From contig CAZAPD010000045.1 of assembly GCA_964487115.1 (NCBI GenBank), positions 1 through 25,293 on the forward strand: 25,293 bases of DNA, in the 5' to 3' direction. Made by a program: the position numbers and the translations under genes. Below the pieces are notes generated by a model. The model was given only the letters and a program-made list of their open reading frames with translations. It did not search any database and had not been told where the DNA came from. The DNA is from an uncultured Thermococci archaeon. Lineage in GTDB: Archaea > Methanobacteriota_B > Thermococci > Thermococcales > Thermococcaceae. Positions 20,043 through 25,293 of this stretch are shown piece after piece (the stretch's first letter is position 1; each line of letters opens with the position of its first letter).

Positions 20043-21434
20043 ATGGAAAACGTTAAGAAAGTCTTTGTTATCGGTTTAGATTCAGCTCCTCCAGAGCTTT
20101 TGTTCAACAGGTTTTTGAATGACCTACCAAACATAAAGAAGCTCCTGAAAAAATCAATTTATGGCCCGATGCAGAGCACGATTCCAGCAATCACTATTCC
20201 TGCATGGATGGTCATGGCCACAGGCAAAACACCCGGAGAGCTCGGCTTATACGGCTTTAGACATAGAAAGAAGGGAACGTACAACGACATCTGGATTGCC
20301 CACGCATTAATGGTTAAGGAGAAGGCCGTTTGGCACCACATAGCTGAGAAGGGTAAAAAATCAATTTTAGTTGGTGTTCCTCCGAGCTATCCCCCAAGGC
20401 CAATCAACGGTTACCTCGTGAGCTGTTTCATAACTCCAGATGCTTCAGTTGACTATACCTATCCAAAGGAACTCAAAGGTGAGATTGAGCGCTTAGTCGG
20501 CGAGTACATCTTTGATGTAGTCTTCAGGAAAGAGAATAGAGATGAGGTTAAGGAGCAACTCTGGGAGATGACAAAGAAGAGGTTTGAGGTTATCCGCTAC
20601 TTAATCCAAGAAAAGGAGTGGGATTACTTTCAGTTCGTGGATATAGGTTTGGATAGAGTCCACCACGCCTTTTGGAAGTATTTCGACGAGAACCACCACC
20701 TCTATCCCGGCGACGACAACCCCTACAAAAACGTAATTCCCGATTATTACAGGCTCCTCGATGAGGAGATAGGCAGAACATTGGAGCTCTTGGATTTAGA
20801 TGAGACCGCTATCATAATAGTTTCAGACCACGGGATAAAGGCCATGAAGGGAGCTTTCGCAATAAACCAGTGGCTGATTGAAGAGGGTCTCTTGAAGATT
20901 AAAAACCCCGAGATTCTCAAGGAAGGAAGACAGGTTAGATTCAACGAACTTAAGGTTGACTGGAGCAAAACGATTGCTTGGGCTTGGGGTGGCTACTACT
21001 CAAGAGTCTTCCTCAACGTCAAGGGGAGGGAGCCTCAAGGAATCATTGAGCCCGAGAACTACTACAAGGTTAGGGACGAGATTGCCGAGCTCATAAAGGG
21101 CATTAGAGGACCAAACGGTGAGAAGTGGAACACTAAAGTGTTCTATCCGGAGGAGATATATCCAATCGCCAAAGGCGATAAGCCAGACATGATGGTTTAT
21201 TTGGACGATTTGAACTGGAGAGCTGCTGGAACTCTCGGTTATGAGACGCCATACCTCTTAGAGAATGACTTGGGCCCAGATGATGCGGTTCACGCTGAGT
21301 ATGGAGTGTTCTCCCTGTATCTGCCAAGCATGGAGGAGGCTAAGCAAACCCAGCTCACAATTTACGACTTCGCACCAACAGTGCTCAAGCTCTTTGGAAT
21401 AAGAAAGCCTCTTAGAGGGAGGAGTGTAATATGA
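20043..21434 (+). CDS. Alkaline phosphatase superfamily enzyme (NPP/phosphodiesterase-like, COG3379 type), cytoplasmic
   Basis: VIGLDSA, STIPAITIPAW (Thr nucleophile position), TGKTPG, DRVHH, SDHG, DDAVH and DFAPT. No signal peptide and no CxPxR sulfatase motif. Confidence 0.9.
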   Translation: MENVKKVFVIGLDSAPPELLFNRFLNDLPNIKKLLKKSIYGPMQSTIPAITIPAWMVMATGKTPGELGLYGFRHRKKGTYNDIWIAHALMVKEKAVWHHIAEKGKKSILVGVPPSYPPRPINGYLVSCFITPDASVDYTYPKELKGEIERLVGEYIFDVVFRKENRDEVKEQLWEMTKKRFEVIRYLIQEKEWDYFQFVDIGLDRVHHAFWKYFDENHHLYPGDDNPYKNVIPDYYRLLDEEIGRTLELLDLDETAIIIVSDHGIKAMKGAFAINQWLIEEGLLKIKNPEILKEGRQVRFNELKVDWSKTIAWAWGGYYSRVFLNVKGREPQGIIEPENYYKVRDEIAELIKGIRGPNGEKWNTKVFYPEEIYPIAKGDKPDMMVYLDDLNWRAAGTLGYETPYLLENDLGPDDAVHAEYGVFSLYLPSMEEAKQTQLTIYDFAPTVLKLFGIRKPLRGRSVI

Positions 21435-22003
21435 GCGAGAAGGGAGGAGCAAATGCCCAAGAAGTATCTCTTAGGACGCTGAAGCAGGGATTTACCATCT
21501 GGCTCACCGGACCGAGCGGAGCAGGTAAAACAGTTTTGGCACATGCTCTAAAGAAAAAGCTCAAAAGAATGGGTTATAGAGTGGAAATTTTAGATGGTGA
21601 TGTGATAAGAAAAACTCTCTATCCTGACTTGGGCTTCAGCAGGGAAGCGAGAGAGATGCACAACCGTATAGTTATCCACATGGCCAAGCTCCTATCGAGA
21701 AACGGCGTCATAACAATCGTCTCCTTGATTTCACCGTACAGAGCCGTCAGGGAATATGCGAGGAAGGAGATAGGCAACTTCATTGAAGTCTATGTCTATG
21801 CTCCCCTTGAAGTGAGGATCCAGAGGGATCCAAAGGGTCTCTATGCCAGAGCCATAAAGGGGGAGATTAGGGGATTGACGGGCTATGATGGAGTCTATGA
21901 GGAGCCAGAGAGCCCGGAAGTTAAGGTGGACAGCTCAAAAATGACTCCTGAGGAAGAGGTGGAGGCAGTCTTAAGCAAGGCCAGAGAGCTTGGCTATCTA
22001 TGA
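21431..22003 (+). CDS. cysC: Adenylylsulfate (APS) kinase
   Basis: TIWLTGPSGAGKT, LDGD, LGFS, ISPY, RDPKGLY, TG...YEEP. Confidence 0.97.
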   Translation: MSEKGGANAQEVSLRTLKQGFTIWLTGPSGAGKTVLAHALKKKLKRMGYRVEILDGDVIRKTLYPDLGFSREAREMHNRIVIHMAKLLSRNGVITIVSLISPYRAVREYARKEIGNFIEVYVYAPLEVRIQRDPKGLYARAIKGEIRGLTGYDGVYEEPESPEVKVDSSKMTPEEEVEAVLSKARELGYL

Positions 22004-22012
22004 GGTGGTTTA

Positions 22013-22753
22013 ATGCTAATTTTTATTTTTCTCGGTTTCCTCGTTGGATTTTTAGTTGGACTGACAGGTGTCGGTGGAGGAGCCTTAATGACGCCTTCAC
22101 TCATTTTTCTGGGGGTTGAGCCACTAACCGCTGTTGGCACCGATTTAGTTTACGCCACGATTACAAGGGTTTTTGGTGTGCTCTTCCACAACAAAAAGAG
22201 GAACATCAGATTTGATCTGGCTCTGAGACTTTTTGCTGGAAGTTTACCCGCAATTTTACTCGGGTCTGTTCTGCTTAGGATTATTGATAAAAGCACCCTT
22301 AACAATTATCTCACCTTATTGCTTGGTACAATTCTTGTCCTTAGTTCCTTCCTCAGCTTAATTAAAGGGGAAATTCATGTTCCCCTGAGACCACGGAGGG
22401 AATATCTCTATCTCTTAGGGTTTATTGTCGGTTTAACCGTCCAGTTCACCTCAGTAGGAGCTGGGGTCATTGTTAGCTTTGCCCTGATGAATCTGGCTAA
22501 AATCAGTCCCAAGGAAGTTGTTGGCGTTACGATATTTTATGGTCTGGCCTTGTCCTCCTTCAGCGCCCTAAACTATGCGTTTCTGGGAAGTGTGAATTAC
22601 CACTTAGCCTTAGTGTTGATTGCCGGCACTTTGCCGGGTGTTTATTTAGGAACCCATATAAATGCCAGAACTGATAGGGATAAGTTGAAGAGAGTTATTA
22701 ACGTCATAATACTAGCCATTGGGCTCCTGATATTGGTTCAGAGAATAGTTTGA
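22013..22753 (+). CDS. TauE/SafE (TSUP) family transporter
   Basis: GFLVGLTGVGGGALMTP, AVGTDL and TSVGAG. About 8 TM segments. Confidence 0.92.
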   Translation: MLIFIFLGFLVGFLVGLTGVGGGALMTPSLIFLGVEPLTAVGTDLVYATITRVFGVLFHNKKRNIRFDLALRLFAGSLPAILLGSVLLRIIDKSTLNNYLTLLLGTILVLSSFLSLIKGEIHVPLRPRREYLYLLGFIVGLTVQFTSVGAGVIVSFALMNLAKISPKEVVGVTIFYGLALSSFSALNYAFLGSVNYHLALVLIAGTLPGVYLGTHINARTDRDKLKRVINVIILAIGLLILVQRIV

Positions 22754-22858
22754 ATTATTCTCGATTGGAGTTAAGACACGAAGCCTCTTAGATCCCCATT
22801 TTATCCTTATTTATCTCGGCGATTGAGAATATAAAAAGCGCATTATTGGGGATATAAA

Positions 22859-22954
22859 ATGCTAAGGGATGAAAAGGTACTGAAGGTATTAGCCCCCTAT
22901 AGTTTCTGAAGAAAACCTCAAGAGACTGATAGTGAAAGACAATTGGACACCTAA
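22859..22954 (+). pseudogene. 5' remnant of a probable AAA_14/DUF4143 ATPase gene
   Basis: TATA and GGGGA RBS, then MLRDEKVLKVLAPYSF*RKPQETDSER. TGA at 22907 sits where this family has N-x-W (inferred TGG>TGA). Confidence 0.5.
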
Positions 22955-23008
22955 TTGAGTGATAGCAAAGCTGAGTTTTTAGATAAAGTGGAGCAGGTTT
23001 ATTTAATT

Positions 23009-23066
23009 ATGTACCCCCGACTCCTCTCTCCCTTGAAGGATGAGGCTTTCAAAGAAGAGCAGTAAT
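23009..23066 (-). mobile_element. Isolated, degenerate IS200/IS605-type terminal hairpin (MITE-like remnant)
   Basis: Minus strand AAGCCTCATCCTTCAAGGGAGAGAGGAG resembles the AAGCCCCGCCCTTCAGGGCGGGGAGGAG-type end. No tnpA or tnpB nearby. Confidence 0.6.
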
Positions 23067-23200
23067 ACCGGAGGTACTTTTTGGCTTCAAGCCCTCAAGG
23101 GCGTTCGGGAAGACCTTGATGTTTATTCCGCCTTCCACGAGTTTTTGAGCTCTTCTTCAGGCTCCCTGTCATCGCCCAGGTAATTTCCATCATTCTTCAT
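23067..23200 (-). pseudogene. Frameshifted fragment of an unidentified gene
   Basis: GC3-rich codons reading YLGDDREPEEELK / LVEGGINIKVFPNALEG / EAKKYLR across two frameshifts. Abuts the IS hairpin. Confidence 0.35.
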
Positions 23201-23265
23201 ATGCTCAAGTTCAATATTAGGTATCAGAGCCAAGATAAAGAAGCATTAATCCCCCAAATGGAAAA

Positions 23266-23631
23266 TTAAATTGTTGCGGTTAACGGAGGAAGTCCTTCAT
23301 TTGTGCTCAAGAATTTCATGCTATCTTCTCTTCTTTTTCCTCTCTGCAAAACCTGGATAAAAATGGATATGACAATTTCTTTTTCTGTGATTCTAATTTC
23401 AGCATGAAGTTGTTGAATTCCTCTAGAAAGCAGGTAGGGGCTAATTTTAAACTTTTTGGAAGCATCTAGCATTTCAAATCCAACAACCGCTAATTCACCA
23501 TTAATCTTGCCTAAATCTAAAATTATATCGCCTAACTGAACCGAGCTTTGGTATTTTCCTTCAGGAATTCTTACAAAGAGAGAATCCCCTAATGGGTCAT
23601 AATCGATTATCTTTATCCTGTCATTTTTCAT
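23266..23631 (-). CDS. DUF2283 family protein (putative antitoxin)
   Basis: DYDPLGDSLFVRI...SVQLGDIILDL...VVGFEMLDASK pattern. Overlaps the upstream toxin-like gene. Confidence 0.85.
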   Translation of the reverse strand: MKNDRIKIIDYDPLGDSLFVRIPEGKYQSSVQLGDIILDLGKINGELAVVGFEMLDASKKFKISPYLLSRGIQQLHAEIRITEKEIVISIFIQVLQRGKRREDSMKFLSTNEGLPPLTATI

Positions 23632-23924
23632 TTGTTTTCATCCTCCGTCTTTTTTCCTGTAGATATGCAGTTATCAGGGTTAAATACAGTTTGCTTTTAG
23701 CCTGCCTAGCCTTAATTACAACAACCAAATCCTTGTCATCAGGTAGTGGATAGTAGAGGAGGAATTTCTCGCCAACTTCATCTTGCTGAATTATTCCCAC
23801 AATCCTCTTTGGATTGTTAAACACTTCTCGTATCCCACTTATGAGGTATGTTTCTTCCAGCCAGACGGTTTTGAAAATGAACAGTCTCTATGAACTCAAT
23901 GTTCTTTGAGCGAATGAGCTTCAT
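23621..23924 (-). pseudogene. DUF4258/RelE-like putative toxin, +1 frameshift
   Basis: MKLIRSKNIEFIETVHFQNRLAGRNIPHKW joins IREVFNNPKR...DLVVVI...LITAY if one G is removed from TGGG (ccc at 23834-23836). Confidence 0.75.
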
Positions 23925-24260
23925 GAGTTGATAGCAGTCTATATATCCTCATTTAATTGTAGGGGAAATATCTTAAAAATAGACGATGGAAATGAACTTT
24001 CATTATATCCTAGGATAGGTCAAAAGGTCAGAGGATATATTCTCTCGCGGCTTCATCTTTTTGCAACAAATTTTTCTGTGATTTCTTGTGCTGTTTTTGA
24101 ATCCGATACCAGCTTCAGATTTTGTGATTCATATCTTTTTGAAAGGAGATTTTAATGTTCGTTTTGCTGGGGGTGAGAATTACTTTTGAAAAGAACGATT
24201 ATTCAACATAAGAGAAAATGCTTAAATATCAAAACAGTTATTTCATACTTCGGTGGTAAA

Positions 24261-25258
24261 ATGAAGGTTCTGATAATGGCTGGCGGTTATGCCACCCCCC
24301 ACTGTGGCCCATAACAAAGAATAATCCCAAGGCACTGCTGCCCGTTGGAAGCGGGGTGATTCTGGATTACATTCTTGAAAAAACACGAGAGCTTGATATG
24401 GAGACATACATTTCAACAAACAGATTTTTTGAGCATCATTTCAGACCCTATGCAGAGAGACAAGGAGTTGGGCTTATAGTCGAGGACACGCTTTATGAGG
24501 AAGAGAAGCTCGGCACGATAGGTGCCATAAACATGGCTGTTGAAAAGCTTGGCCTTGATGATTATCTGATCATCGCAGGAGATAACCTCTTTTCATTCAA
24601 CCTTAAGGACTTTCTGGAGAGATATGAGGGAAAGCCCCTCATAGCGGTCTATGATGTTGGTGATTTTGAGCTGGCAAGGAGGTATGGTGTGGTGGTTCTT
24701 GAGGGTGATAGGATTATAGATTTCCAAGAAAAGCCTGCAGAGCCCAAATCCACACTCATAAGTACTGGTGTTTATGCCTTCCCGAAAGAGATAATGGTGA
24801 GAATTAGCGAGTATCTACAAGACGGCAATCGTGATTCTCCCGGCTACTTCCTCCAGTGGCTTTTATCTGAGGGTGTTGAGATACATGCATACAAATTTGA
24901 TGAATACTGGTATGATATAGGGTCAGCCGATAGTTATCTTGAGGCTTTGAGGACTCTACTAAAGGAAAGCCACATAGAGGAGATTCAGATCAGCCCCTAC
25001 TCCAAAATAATTTCCCCTGTTGTGATAAAGAAGGGCGCGAAAATTTTGGGGAGGTCAATGATAGGACCCTACGCATACATTGGCGAAAACTGTATTATTG
25101 AAAGCTCAGACGTGAGCGACTCCATAATTTTCAAGAACACGATAATCAGAAACTCAACGATCTGGCGTTCAATTATTGATGAGAAGTGTGAGATAAGGAA
25201 TTTGGAGCTTAAGAAAAGCTTAGTTGGAGGACATGCTAAGATACAGAGGGGAGACTGA
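24261..25258 (+). pseudogene. Sugar-1-phosphate nucleotidyltransferase (NDP-sugar synthase, COG1208) with left-handed beta-helix tail, frameshifted at codons 12-13
   Basis: MKVLIMAGGYAT in one frame and LWPITKNNPKALLPVG...AGDN...YGV...EKP...WYDIG in another. The break is the C6 run at 24295-24300. Confidence 0.88.
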
Positions 25259-25293
25259 GCTGCATTTATGGGAGAACTGTCTCTGTGATATAA

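Noticed and set aside
20043..21434. Formylglycine-dependent sulfatase
   Set aside because: No C/SxPxR motif and no maturase nearby. The nucleophile region is the NPP-like TIPAITIPAW.
17960..22753. Complete assimilatory or dissimilatory sulfate reduction pathway
   Set aside because: No APS/PAPS reductase or sulfite reductase in the window. It cannot be excluded elsewhere in the genome.
23157..23195. C/D-box-like pattern on the minus strand (ATGATGG...CTGG..GATGA...CTGA)
   Set aside because: The C box is imperfect, the guides are only 7-8 nt, and the same bases read as a plausible coding remnant.
23928..24155. 75-aa plus-strand ORF
   Set aside because: Non-ATG start, no RBS, unprotein-like composition, and it overlaps the toxin's upstream region.

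Overview
Archaeal chromosomal window from a Thermococcales organism (Thermococcus-like proteins, GGTGA/GGAGG RBS, BRE-TATA promoters). Left part (1-9.3 kb): cca, an inserted AAA_14/DUF4143 ATPase, thpR, a purine phosphoribosyltransferase, an intein-free class II ribonucleotide reductase, two ferritin-like genes and a HAD-IIA phosphatase. Middle part (9.3-17.6 kb): an AT-rich cell-envelope cluster with an Ig-like/DUF4129 protein, DUF4350, MoxR, DUF58, a membrane protein, DUF1616 and a Val-Pro repeat protein whose repeats are exactly mirror-symmetric. At 17.7-22.8 kb is a PAPS-generating operon (RHH regulator, sat, DHH phosphoesterase, AlkP/NPP-family enzyme, cysC, TauE) with no reductase and no canonical sulfotransferase. 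The right end is decaying: gene remnants, an IS200/IS605-type end hairpin, a toxin-antitoxin pair with a frameshifted toxin and a frameshifted sugar nucleotidyltransferase. The best candidate for an undescribed system is the PAPS operon. Its RHH regulator carries the 'RLRALGY' tail typical of sulfatase/AlkP enzymes, while the co-encoded AlkP enzyme lacks that tail, and a 3x direct repeat lies over the predicted transcription start. All family assignments come from motif recognition by eye, without database searches.
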